DNA of 64,000 nt from Eledone cirrhosa (lineage: Eukaryota), in contig OZ024743.1 of NCBI GenBank assembly GCA_964016885.1, positions 302,126,001-302,190,000 on the forward strand, in the 5' to 3' direction. Below, piece by piece: positions 1 through 11,689 of the stretch. The translations under genes were made by a program, and so were the position numbers. How positions within the stretch are numbered: position 1 is the first letter of the stretch; each line of letters opens with the position of its first letter. The notes beneath the pieces are model-generated. The model saw only the letters and a list, made by a program, of their open reading frames with translations, was not told where the DNA came from and did not search any database.

Positions 1-2286
1 GGGGCAAGGGACGACGGTTAACTATAGTAGATGTCGGACGCGATATACGCGTACACCCCTTCCGCCCGACCTTTCAGTGATAGCTTCATCCCAGCCCATT
101 TCTGGGTGAGACTGGCTACACTACCCGTCACCTCGTCCCAATTGTTATCCACCTGGAGGTCTGGCCCGAACCAAACCCCTAGCAACTTTACCGGTCCGTC
201 CGACCACCTCGATTTCTGAGGTGTCCGACACCATCACGGTGATGTCGTCCGCATAAGCCGACACAGCCTTACCGCGTCCTGGTTCGAGCGGGATGCCCTG
301 CAACAGCTCCAGGTTCCGCAGTAGAGGCTCGAGAGTCAATACGTACAGAAGGGAGGAGAGAGGGTTCCCTTGACGAACCGATCGGGAGACCTGAAACGGT
401 TCCGAGAGGTCGCCATTACTATCGAGCAGGTGCCGCTGTGTATTGCAGCGATCCAGCTTCTGAAGACGGGGCCGAAGCCAGCCACCATGAGGACAGCCTC
501 CAGGTACTGATGTTCGACCCTATAGAATGCTTTCGATTGATCTAAATTGATCAGAAACCACCGAAGCCAGGTTTACACCCAACCCTCTCTATGTTGTATC
601 ACATTAGGTGGAGGTTGTCGTGTATGGACCTGCGTGGGATTGCGCAAATTTGCGCCACCCCAAACAAATCCCCGAAGACTAGCGCCAACCTCTTCGCTAA
701 GACCCTGGCCAAAATCTTAAACTCTGTGTTGAGCAGAGTTATGGCCCTGAAATTGTCTAATGTGTCCCTCATGTTCTCGTCTTTCCTTATCAGCGTCACT
801 ACGCCCCCGCTCTCAGAGCTGGGAATACTCCCGTTTTGATGACAGTAACTGTAGAGGGCTTCGAGGAGATTGGACAACAAGTATGGCATATTTACGTAAA
901 GCTCATAGGGCAGACCATCCAAACCGGGTGACTTGCGCCTCATGCAGCCGACAAGTGCATCCTGAATCTCGGCTGAAGTAATTGGGCTTTCGCAGCGCCC
1001 AGCATCAGCCGTCGAGAGTTGTGGTAAGCCATCGAGGTAGGGACTGAAGTCCACCACAATCTCTGATCCGCCACTTCCCCCGAACAACAGAGCAAAATGT
1101 TGGCGAAAGGCCTCACACATCCTCTTGGAATCGCTCAGCTCGTGTCCGTCTCGGTCCGTCAAAGACTGAATCGTGGTTTTATTACCACGCTGCGCCTCTG
1201 CCACGCGGGCCCATCGAACAGATTTGGTTCCCTCGTTTCTCAGAGCTAGCGCCTTAGCTCTGACAATGCAGCCTTCGTATTTCGCATTGAAGAAATGGTC
1301 TAATGCCATTCTCGCCGCTAGCACGTCAGTTGCAATGCCACTACCAATAGCGTCGTCTAACTTATCTACCAACTCCCCCTCCTTTCTATTTGTCTCTAAC
1401 GCTACTTCTTTGCTAAACCCCATCGACATTACTCTAATCTCTCTTTTGAGAGCCCCCCACCATCTATTGTTGTCGACTCCCCCGTCAACTTTTTCTTAAC
1501 TAAATTGTTGACCTGGTCCCTGTAAGCCTTACGTGCCAGAAATTACATGTTTAGCTTCCAGTAACCTACGCGTCTTCTCTAGGTCGACCATACAGATCAC
1601 AAACTTGTGATCTGAATAGGCGACTGTTTCAAAACGTGGACAGCTTACACTCTTTCTGTCTATTTTCCTAATGAATATCCTGTCTATATACGATCTAGAT
1701 GACCCTCTGCAGTTAGCCCAGGTCCACACTCACGCATAAGGGAAATCTAGTCGATAGCTGTCAGACATTTGGAACTGGCTGATCAGGTTCTAGAGGCTTT
1801 TGCACCCCTCGCTCCTATCGGATACTCCCACACAGTCACTGCGTGCGTCTAAGATGACATTCCAGTCCTCCGTTGACAGTAAAGGGCGAGACGTGCCCAG
1901 AAAGTCTTCCAGGCGTCTAAAGATGTCCGGCCGTCCTGCCCCAGTAGAGGCATAGACGGCCACCAGTCTAAAGGCCCCACCTTCGTATTGTTAACGTCCA
2001 GGATCACCAACTTCCCGTCCGGGTCCCGGAAGATCGATCTTACCTCGAGATCCAGGCCTTTCTTAAACAGCACTGCCACCTCTCCTCCCATTCCCGGCCG
2101 GCTAACAGATGCAAATAACTGATAGTCGTCGAAAATGGGGGCTAGTGTGCGCGTGTCGGACATCATGGTCTCGCTGACGGCAATTACATCCATTTCTAGA
2201 GACCTGAGGTCATTGAGCAGGTGACCCTACTTCCAGGACGATCCCAGACCTCGAACATTTAAACATCCTACTCTTAATACGGCCAT
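1..2286 (-). pseudogene. ORF2 (APE endonuclease + reverse transcriptase), disrupted
   Basis: Starts CCAACATGGCC (MAVLRVGCLNVRGL); fragments DVIAVSET, SYIDRIF, YSDHK, KSPGLDGLPYE, NFRAITLLNTEFKILA, AYADDIT; stops and frameshifts. Confidence 0.9.
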
Positions 2287-2321
2287 GTTGGCAGGTTAAA
2301 AAGAGAGAGAGGAAAGGTTTA

Positions 2322-4255
2322 CTTACCGTCCGGGCACTTGTGAAGGTCGGGTTGTTCGACCTGCATAGTTAGTGGGGTTTCTTTTGGGAACCTCTTTAAA
2401 ATCTTGAAGTTGGTTTTACGTTTGGGGTTCCCATGTCCCGAGGAAAGCTGTCTCGTATTGATTTGTATACAATGATCGACATTCACACCAGAACCAAATC
2501 TTCCGGCACGCGAAATGTGCTCGATTCAAAAATTTCCCCTTCTTTTTGTATATTTTCACTTCGTTCTACGAGGGCCATCAGTTCCTTGTTGGCCCTCCTG
2601 ACGAGCACGAAGTTTTATATGTTTTGTTGGTGTCATATTATTTATTTGCGTGGCTGTGGTGGTGATGGTTTTCGTGGTGTTGTTTCGATTGTGTCTGTGT
2701 TTGTTGTGAGTGCGGTGTCTGTGGTTTCAGATGTTTGTGTGTATATTTGTTCATTGGTCTGTATAGGTTGTTTGCGTTTGGAGGATTCTGGTGATGTTGG
2801 TGTTATTGCAGGGATGATTGCGTGGGTGGTGTCTGCGTTTTTTTTATTGGGGGCGATTTTGTGCTTTGTTGAGTTTTTTTTTCTTTTTGTTTTTTCCTTT
2901 TTTCGTATTTTGGGGCATTTTGGTTTTCCCTCATCTTCACTACTGGTAGATGAGGGGTATGTGTCTGTAAGTGTGTCTGTACGTATATTTATGGTTTTAT
3001 TGGTGTGTATTTTTGTGGGGAGGGGGAATTTGACAACTTTCCTCGTTTCCCCCCTGGGTGGTCAATGTTGGTGGTGGTCTTTCTATTGGTGTTGTTCTTG
3101 CTTGTTTTTGCCGGTGCTGGTGTTGGTTGTGGTCCTCTCGCCGGCGTCGGCAGCAGTAGTGCCTTTCGACCCCTTGCCTCTTTCAGCAGTTGAGGGCAGA
3201 AGGCTCGCAAATGGGTTTTTCCCCACAACCAAAACACTGTGGCCTTTTGCCTTCGGTCATAATGTGAATGACCGTCCCATTCTGAAGGCGGATGTGGTCC
3301 GGGATTGTCTTCACATTCTCGGGCCTGATCTGGAGGAGGGTCTCCAGGTCAACCCCGGACCAGTCCTCTTTGGCCGTTCTGGTCACTTCTATAGGGACTG
3401 TATCCGTCCCCTCCACAATCACACATCCCAGAAGCCACCACATTTCAAGTCCTGGTGGAATTCTGGGTATGCGGAGACGGGCCGTTCTTTTTCCCATATG
3501 GGAGGGGTACATTATGACCTTGCTGGTTTTGCAAGGAGTCATAGCGTGTTTCATAGCGAGGGCTTCTGACTTGAACAACACCGAAATGGTGCCGTACTGT
3601 CTACCCCTCTCTATGTATTCGGTGTCTTCTCTGATGCACCTCACTGCGACTTCGACATCTTCTTGTGGGATTAAAGCTTCCCTTTTGGTTTGTGCTGAGA
3701 TGCATCTATAATGCACCGTTCTGTGCTCCACTGGCTCAATAGCTTCTACTGTGACAGTTAAGTTGGCCCAAATTTGCTCTTGCTTGATGAGCTTCCATGC
3801 CTGGGCCAAATTTTCAACTTTGTTTGAGAGGTCCATGTTGAAGCATGGCCTCTTTTATGCTGCTGCCGCAGCGAAAGTGTTCTTCTTGTTTTCGTTGGGG
3901 GTGTTGTTGTCGTTGTCGTTGTTATTGTTGGTGTTGTTGTTATCACTGTCGCTGTTATCATTGTTGTCACTGTTGCCACCGTTCTCGGTGAAGTTGGTAT
4001 TGTTGCTGTTGGTGTTGTCACTTTTTGTTTTCATGTTAGTGGTGTTGATATTGTCGTTGCATTTGTTATTTTCTTTTTGTTATCTGTATTTTCGTTGTCG
4101 CTGTTAATGTCATTTTTATCAAAATTAGATTTCTCATTGGTATCATTGGTGTCTTGTTTACATTGTTTGTGGTGGTGTTTGTGTTATCAATTTGTGTTAA
4201 TTTCGCTGTACCGCTCCTCTCAACCTCTACGTCGTTGTGGCACGGCAGCAGACAT
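2322..4255 (-). pseudogene. ORF1 gag-like protein with CX2CX4HX4C zinc knuckle, frameshifted; boundaries approximate
   Basis: ORFs 3183-3836 and 2989-3237 join to give CFGCGEKTHLRAFCP; Thr/Asn-rich low-complexity N-terminal region. Confidence 0.75.
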
Positions 4256-4782
4256 ATCGCTGGGGGGGGGGGGGGGGGGGGCTCAAGCATGTTTTTTTTC
4301 TTCGTAAATTTTTTAACATGTAAAAAAAGTTCAAATATTTGGGCCAAAAGGCCCAAATATTATACTATCTTCTTCATAGGGCAAGGTCTAATGGCTTATA
4401 TCCTTTACACAACAAGAAATATTTAACAACAAATAATTTTATGAGGCAAATAAAGCGACTTACTGGGAGCGAGCAAAATACGTCCGATTAGTTCTTTATT
4501 GGCCACAAGGGCTGACATCAAGAAAAACATGACAGACGACACAGGATGGTACAGGACGGTACGATGTGGATTTTGTGCGTGTAAAGATTTTTATTATTTT
4601 TATAAATAAAGAAAAAAAAGGCACAGAAACATATAAACAATAAAAGTGAAAATTGAAGCAATGAAAAATTCGCCAATAGGGGTAATCCTCCGAGGGTTAC
4701 TCGTGGCGAAAACCACACAATAGACCACGGCCATCCTGACCACCAGGGCAAGCGCCCTCTCTCAATTTTTCCATTTTTCAAA

Positions 4783-7700
4783 CTACAGGCCTATATTTAG
4801 AGCGGTCCCGTTCACTCGGACCATTCTCGCTACATTGACCCACCTTTCAGCAAACTTGCTAGAAAGCAGAACTTGCCTCTCCACCCTGATTTTCCTCTTC
4901 AAGTGAAACTTGAATAAGTTAGTTAGGGATTCGCCGAAGAGGAAAGTGTCTGTCGTTAACCCTTTCAACCTTTTCCACCACACAATCTCTTTCGCCATGG
5001 CCACCAGGCAGATGAAAACCGCCTGCCCTTCCCCCTCGAAGGAAGACGGCGAGATCCTCTGCACAATGGACTCAGTCGAGAACCGGATCAGTCCTATACG
5101 CGACAGCAACTGTTCGACATAGCTCCACAAGTCAGCAATGCTCGGGCACTGAACGAGTGCGTGCACGGCGGTTTCGTCGCTCTGCGCGCATCTCGGACAG
5201 GCTGTCCTGACGGCACTTCTTGTAGAGCTATCTCGAACCGCAAACTCCCCGGTAGCACTGCCGGGCCAGGGATTTTTGGAAGTTATCCATAGGCCCTGGG
5301 CTGAAAGTTCTCCGTTAGAGCGCAAATGGCTGATCTTCTTCGACGCCCAGAATCTCTCCGAGAATGTCGTCGCTCTTCCCATACGCTAGTCCTCTATAGA
5401 ACGCGGGAGTGGGTGTTCCACCGATACTGGTGCCTCGCTGGCAGAGGGTGGTGAGCGCCTGGAGACATTCCAGTTTCCAAGCGCTATCCCTCGGTCTTTT
5501 CCTGACCCAGGACTGCACCTCCGTCAAGGAGACGAGCTGTGGGAAAACGTGCCGGGCGAACGGCGACCACACCTGTTCACCGTCAAGGAAGCACCAGAGG
5601 TTCCGCAGCTTCATGAGCCATGGCATGCCCAGTCCTCCACGCAACGGGTGTTGACAGCAGATGGATCGTTTGACCATGGGAGCGCGTCTCTTCCACAAAA
5701 AGCTGTAATGAAGGCGCTTCATTTTGGTGAGAGTTGGGCCAGGGAAAGAGATGATGGTGAGGCGGTAGGAGATGACGGATGCGATGTACGTATTCGCCAC
5801 ATCCGCCCGGCCTTTCGGGGACAGCTTGTCTCGGCTCATTTCTGGTTGAGGGAGGCCACCTTGCTCGTCACCTCGTTCCAGTTTTTCTCCATCTGGGGGT
5901 CCGGTCCGAACCAGACCCCGAGCAATTTAACCGGTCCGTCCGACCAACGCCCCACGACGCTGTCGGACGGCATGGACTTGACTATCCAGGTGCCGAGTTG
6001 CAAGCCACCGATTTTTCCTGGTTTATCTTTGCTCCTGTCATCGCTTCGTATTTCTTGAGAGCGGTGCTGAGCATCTGGATGTGTCTGGTGCACGTCAATA
6101 CCACGGTGAAGTCGTCGGCGTATGCCGACTCGGATTTCCCGCATCCATCCTAGTTCGAGTGGGACTCCCTCATTGGCCCCAGTTTGTGTAGTAACGGCTC
6201 GAGAGCTTATACGTACAAGAGGGACGAGAGGAGACAACTGTGGCGGTCCGAGCGCATGATGCTGAACGGCTGCGACAGGTGACCGTTCTTCCTCACAGCC
6301 GAGCAGATGTCGCTGTACAGCGCAGCGATCCAACCCCTGAAAACGGGCCCGTAAGCGACTGCCTCGAGGACCGCCGCCATTGTGCCGATTGTCGACCCTA
6401 TCAAATGCTTTGGATTGATCAAATTTGATAAGGCCCCACCCGTGCCAGGTTCCTTAACCACCCTCTCTACGATGTATAGCATGAGGTGGAGGTCGTCCTG
6501 CATGGATCTGTCCGGAATAGCGCATGTCTGCGCCTCTCCCACCAGACCCTTGGCGACAAGTGCCAAACTCGTTCCTAAAATCTTGAACTCGGCGTTTAGC
6601 AGGGTTATAGGCCTGAAGTTATCGATAACAACACCCTTGATCGGATCTTTTCTCTGCAGCGCCACCGCTTCTTGGCTCACACAACTGGGAAAGCTCCCGT
6701 TCTGCTGTCAGTTGCAGTAGACGGCTGCCAAGAGGTCACCGAACAAGTCTGGCATAAATGCATAAAGCTCATAGGGCAGACCATCCAAAACTGGCGATTT
6801 ACCCCTCGTGCAATTAGCCATCGCTTCCCGTATTTCACCGGCTGTTATTGGCTTTGCGCAACACTGCACTGCGATCGTCGAGAGCCGACGCAGTCCGTCG
6901 ATGTATGCACTGAAGTCCATACCCCGATCCGGCCCGCCGCTGTTCCCAAACATTTCAGCAATGTGCTGCTGAAAAACCTCACAAACGTGCTCGTCTTCGA
7001 GCAACACGCGCCCGTTTTGGTCAGATGAAGGCTGAATTGTGGTTTTGTTGCCACGTCGCGCCTCTAGCACGCAGGTCCATTGGACGGCTTTCTTCCCCTC
7101 GTGTTTCAGAGCACGCGCTCTAGCTCGGTCAACGCATCCTTCGTGTTTTGCGTTGAGTAATTGGTCGAGTGCCAATCTCGCCAGTCCTAAAGGCCTCTTC
7201 TAGCTTTCTGACTAGCTCTCCCTATACTCTATTTTTCTCTATCGCTACTCCTTTGCTAAACCTAATCGACTCTACTTTAATTGCCCTTTTCAGGGCAAAC
7301 TCCCACCTGTCGTTGATGACCGCTCCCGTCAACGTCCGCTTAACTAATATGCTAATTCGGTCTCTGTAGGCTTTGCGCGCGGGGAATGATGCGTTCAGCT
7401 TCCAATAACCAGGTCCTTGTCTCTGAAATCTGTCTATGTCGATCTCACATATCAAAGATGTGTGGTCTGTGTAATCGACTATTTTAAATTGTGGACAACC
7501 TATACTAGCCTTATCTAGTTCCCTGCAGAATAACCTATCTAGATACGATCTGGATGACGCGATGCGGTTTGTCCATGTCCACATTGGCACATTCGGGTGA
7601 TCCAGTCGATACCTGTCAGACAGTTCAAAATGTCTGAGTAGATTGGTGAGGCTCTTGCACCCTCCTCGCCTATCCACTAGCCCCACACAATCGCGGCTTG

Positions 7701-8139
7701 CATCCATTATACCGTTCCAGTCGCCCACTAATACTAAAGAGCGGGTCGTTCCAAGAAAGGTCTCTAGACGTCTGAACAAATCTGGCCGTCCTGCCCCAAT
7801 TGGGGCGTAGACGGATAGTAGCCTGAAAGCATTGCCTTCGCTGCCGGTCACGTCCAGAACCACCGGCTTACCAGCTGGATCCAGGAAGATGGCCCGTATG
7901 GCGAGATCCAAGCCTCTCCAAAAAAGGACGGCAACCCCTCCTCTCGATCCTGGACGGCTGGGAGATGCGTATACATCGTAGCCGCCGGAGATCCGTGTGA
8001 AGGCTCGTGCTTCGGATTCTGGTCTCGTTGATGGCCACCACATCTATGTTTAGTGACCTGAGGTCGTTGAGCACATTACCCTGCTTTCAAGATGACACCA
8101 GGCCACGTGCATTTATACTGCCTATCTAAGTACGGCCAT
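4783..8139 (-). pseudogene. ORF2: APE endonuclease, RT and C-terminal CCHC zinc finger, multiple frameshifts
   Basis: LVGDWN, SYLDRLF, YTDH, GPGYWKLN, NFRPITLLNAEFKIL, GGLGMP, CPRCAQSDETAVHALVQCP. Confidence 0.92.
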
Positions 8140-8174
8140 GTTGGATGAGAAACGGGACAAGTGAGAAAGGGTCA

Positions 8175-10148
8175 CTTACCTTGATCGTGTGGTGAAGTGA
8201 CAGTAGAACCGTCCCTTTGACTGCTCATGGGGGTTTCCAAGAGGATGTCAGTGTATATCCTCTTGGTAACTGACCCTCTGAAATCTCCAACTGCATTGAG
8301 GAATTTTTGTTTTAAAAGTTTGTACACTTCTATTTTGATATCAGTGATGCTTATGTTTGTCGGGAGAGTTCATGGAGTTGGTGGGGTGTAGTAGTTTTTT
8401 TCTGTGATGTCTGTGTGCTGCTTTATATATTGTATGAGTTCTTTATTTGCCATGTTTAAGGCTGTGTACTTTTTGGGGGGAGGGATGATTTTGTTGCTGT
8501 TTTCTTCTTATTGCTGATTGGTGTGTGTGTTTTATTTTGTTTCCGTTATTGGTGTTTTTGGTGATGCTGGTGGTAGTGTGGTTGTTGTGGGCAGTGGTGA
8601 TGGTGATGGTGGTATTGCTTGCAACCTTTACCCCTCTTTGTGTGCCTTCGCTTTTGGAGGGTGAAGCTAAGGTCGTTTTTTTCTTTTTTTGTGGCAGACC
8701 GTGATATATTCCGTTGGCGTCTGGGAGGGGTATGTGCTCAACGGCTGTAGGTGGTTGTAGTGGAGCCCTCGCCGGCAAGTTTTTTGCTGGTGCAGCCACT
8801 GCAAATGTAGCTACTGGTGTTTGCCGCTACTGATACTGCTGCTTTAGTTATCCGTGGCCTTGGTACAGGTGCCACGGACGTTACCCTCCTACTTCACCGT
8901 GGAAGGGACATCTGTGTTTGTTGCCTGCCCTGCTCTTGGTAGTAGCGGACCAGGTATTAGAAGGAGAGGGGCCTGCTTCTTCGCTGTCTTCTGCGGGAAA
9001 AAAGGCCCTGAGGTGACCCTTTGGCCCACATAGATAACATGTCGGCCGTCTTCCTTCTACGCCTATAGGGAGTCGGAGTCCTTCCTCGATGTCTATGATA
9101 TCTGGGATAGCGTTAATACATTCCTGGTCAGTTTGTATAAGCATTTGCATGCCTATACCTGACCAGTTCTCTCTCCCTATTTTCTCTATATGCAGCATGG
9201 TGGTGCTATCCTCGATGCCAGCAAGGACAGACGCGGCCAGCCAAGGTATGGGCACGTCGGGTGGGACCTGGGTCACTTTGACCCTCACAATTTTCTGGCC
9301 TCAGTAGGAGGGCACCAAGGCAATCTACTCACTCTTTAGCGTTTCCAAAGAGTGAGACTTCGCTTCTTGGGGGGGGGGGGGGTACGTCTACCTTGGCGTC
9401 CTTTCTGCCTCGGGTGATGTGGGTTTTGCGTACCCAGATGCACCACAAGGCCTTTTGGATTTGAGCCTCACTGGCTCTCTCCACCCGATGTGACATTTTG
9501 CTTATGGTGCGGTAAGTTACCGTCCGTAGCTGCTGGTCCTCGAAAAATCGGGTGGAGGTTTCAAGGAAACTCTATTGGCGTTTCTTGTCACCATGGCCCT
9601 TGCCATAGCCATCTCCTCCTCTGTGACTAACTTTGGTTAGATATTTCGGGCGACACCTGCAAAAGAAGGGGTCCTTTTTTCAGCAGTACCACTATTGCTG
9701 CCGCTACTGGTCCTGCTGGTGATGCTATGATCGCTGTTACAGGTATCGATTTCATTGTTGATGTTTTGTTTATACTGTTGTTACTGTTATTGTTTTTGTT
9801 TTCGTTGATACTGTTGCTGTTGTTACGGTTATTGTGGCTGTTGTTATTATTGTTGTTGTTGTTGATACTGTTCCTGCTATTATTGTTGTGGGGCTGTTGT
9901 TATTGTCATTGTTATTGTCGTTCTCGTCCTTAACGATGTTATTTTTGTTATTGTCGTTCTCGAACTTACTGCTGTAATTTTTGTTGTTGCTATTGTTATT
10001 GATGGTGTTGTCGTTGGTATTGTTTGTGTTAGAAATATTTGGTAATTTTAAATCTGTAACAATATCATTAAAAATTCTATTGTTCCTCTTTTCCTTCGTA
10101 ATATTTTCTTTTAAATTTACCTTCGCTAGAACGCTGTCTTGTTGACAT
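8175..10148 (-). pseudogene. ORF1 gag-like, disrupted; boundaries approximate
   Basis: EGRRPTCYLCGPKGHLRAFF is homologous to copy 1 EGKRPQCFGCGEKTHLRAFC. Confidence 0.7.
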
Positions 10149-10222
10149 GCTGGCAAAGTCTCCTTCTCTCGGTGTGGTCTGACAGCGCTCTCTCTCTTTC
10201 TTGTGTTATCCGTGTTGAAAGA

Positions 10223-10400
10223 ATTTTTTTTTTCAAATAATATTTTTACACAATACGACACCCCGTAAAGGGGTGCCGTATTATTTACAAGTGAACCCCT
10301 GTATTAGGTGGGTCACTTCTTCTAAACTTTTATCATGTCTAAAACTTGAATAACAGGTTTAGAACGTTTGAAAACGAGGTAAACTGTTGAAAAAAAACTC
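10223..10400 (-). mobile_element. Probable 3' end of a third Tx1-like element (hairpins + poly(A))
   Basis: Hairpins at 10252-10282 and 10289-10318 followed on the minus strand by an A tract, the same architecture as the 3' end of copy 2. Confidence 0.45.
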
Positions 10401-10445
10401 GAGGCTTCACCTTCAATAATCCTTCACCTTCAATCATAATAATAA

Positions 10446-10530
10446 TTGTTTCTACATTTGGCACAAGGCCAGCAATTATCCAGTACATTACTGGTACATT
10501 ATTTTATCGACCCTGTAAGGATAAAAGGCA
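10446..10530 (-). mobile_element. tRNA-derived SINE, 3' fragment
   Basis: TGTTTCTACATTTGGCACAAGGCCAGCAATT...TTTTATCGACCC is shared with copies at 22041, 41458 and 60338. Confidence 0.8.
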
Positions 10531-11689
10531 ATATTCAGAAGAAGAAGAAGAAGAAGAAGAAGAAAGGAGTATTACACATTATTTTTCTTCATTTTTGTGT
10601 ATCTCCTATTTCCGCCCGCACGCAATCTTATAGACACATTCATTGGACACTTTACGTAATTGTACCTATGAGGCTTAATACATTCTTAAGAAGATTAACA
10701 CAAACTGTGTAAGGCACAATTAGCTATCAACGCTAAATTATATTATAACAAATTTAAATGGTGAAATAAATGATAAATATAAATCTGCTAGAAGTAGATA
10801 TATGAAGCGTCAAAAAAAAAAACACTTGGAACCAATTCCTGAGAATCAGCAAACAACATACTGACAAGAATATTTATGAAACAATAATGGAACAAGAGCA
10901 TATCTTCTGCATACGGAAAATTCTGCGAATATCCATTGGAATATGCCGGTTATGTTCTTTTACTTTTCCAAGATATAAATGTTATTTGTATAGAAATTTT
11001 CCCGACATTTGAACGGGCATCTCTTCAGAAACGTTCAAGTAAATTTAGATGAAATTTCATTAGATGATTATACTATATATGTATCCATTCTCTGTCGTGA
11101 AGGTACTGTAAATTATTAAATCTCAGAAAAATATAAATGGTTGATTAATTATTTCCACACGTTAGAAATTTCCTCTACAGATATTTTATTTAAAGAGATG
11201 GATTTTTAGCGAACATAATAATTTCATTTCATACGTGTGATACAACTCGCGTACACGTTTAGGCTGGAATACGTTAAACACAGTACCAACCGAAACAGGC
11301 TGACTCTCTGAGGGGAAAGCCGACAGGTACATTACACAATCAACTTTTCTTGCTAACTGATGCCAGAATGTATTGTTTACATAAGATTAAACATTGTTTT
11401 TGTTTGAGCGCACATTGTTGACAGCGCTTTAAGACAATGATACAAATTGACCATGTTCTGTATAGAATTTTACATACACTATCACTTTATGTACCAAGTA
11501 TAATACAGATATTTTCTGACGCAGGAAATGGAACAATATAACTACAACTTATTTATAATTAAAGAGTTTATTTGTTAATTTAGACTTGCTTCAATTTTCA
11601 CTATCTAAGTTTCCAACTGATTTATTGAGATAGTTTCATCCAAACGAAGAAAATTCGCATGTTATATGTTTGATGTGAACTGATGTGCT

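Larger units (their letters stand above)
1..4290 (-). mobile_element. Tx1/L1-clade non-LTR retrotransposon copy 1 (degenerate; 3' part runs off the window start)
   Basis: ORF1 with CCHC knuckle followed by ORF2 (APE endonuclease + RT) on the minus strand; colinear with and homologous to copy 2 (e.g. GPVKLLGVWFGPD in both). Confidence 0.9.
4292..10222 (-). mobile_element. Tx1/L1-clade non-LTR retrotransposon copy 2, near full length, degenerate
   Basis: ORF1 (about 8175-10150), ORF2 (4783-8139), 3' UTR with hairpin 4334-4361 and A-rich tail near 4292-4330. Confidence 0.9.

Noticed and set aside
2433-3569. 378-aa plus-strand ORF with hydrophobic stretches
   Set aside because: Antisense shadow of the low-complexity Tx1 ORF1.
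4341-4354. Histone-type stem-loop
   Set aside because: Only superficial similarity; it lacks the consensus 6-bp stem and flanks, and no histone gene is present.
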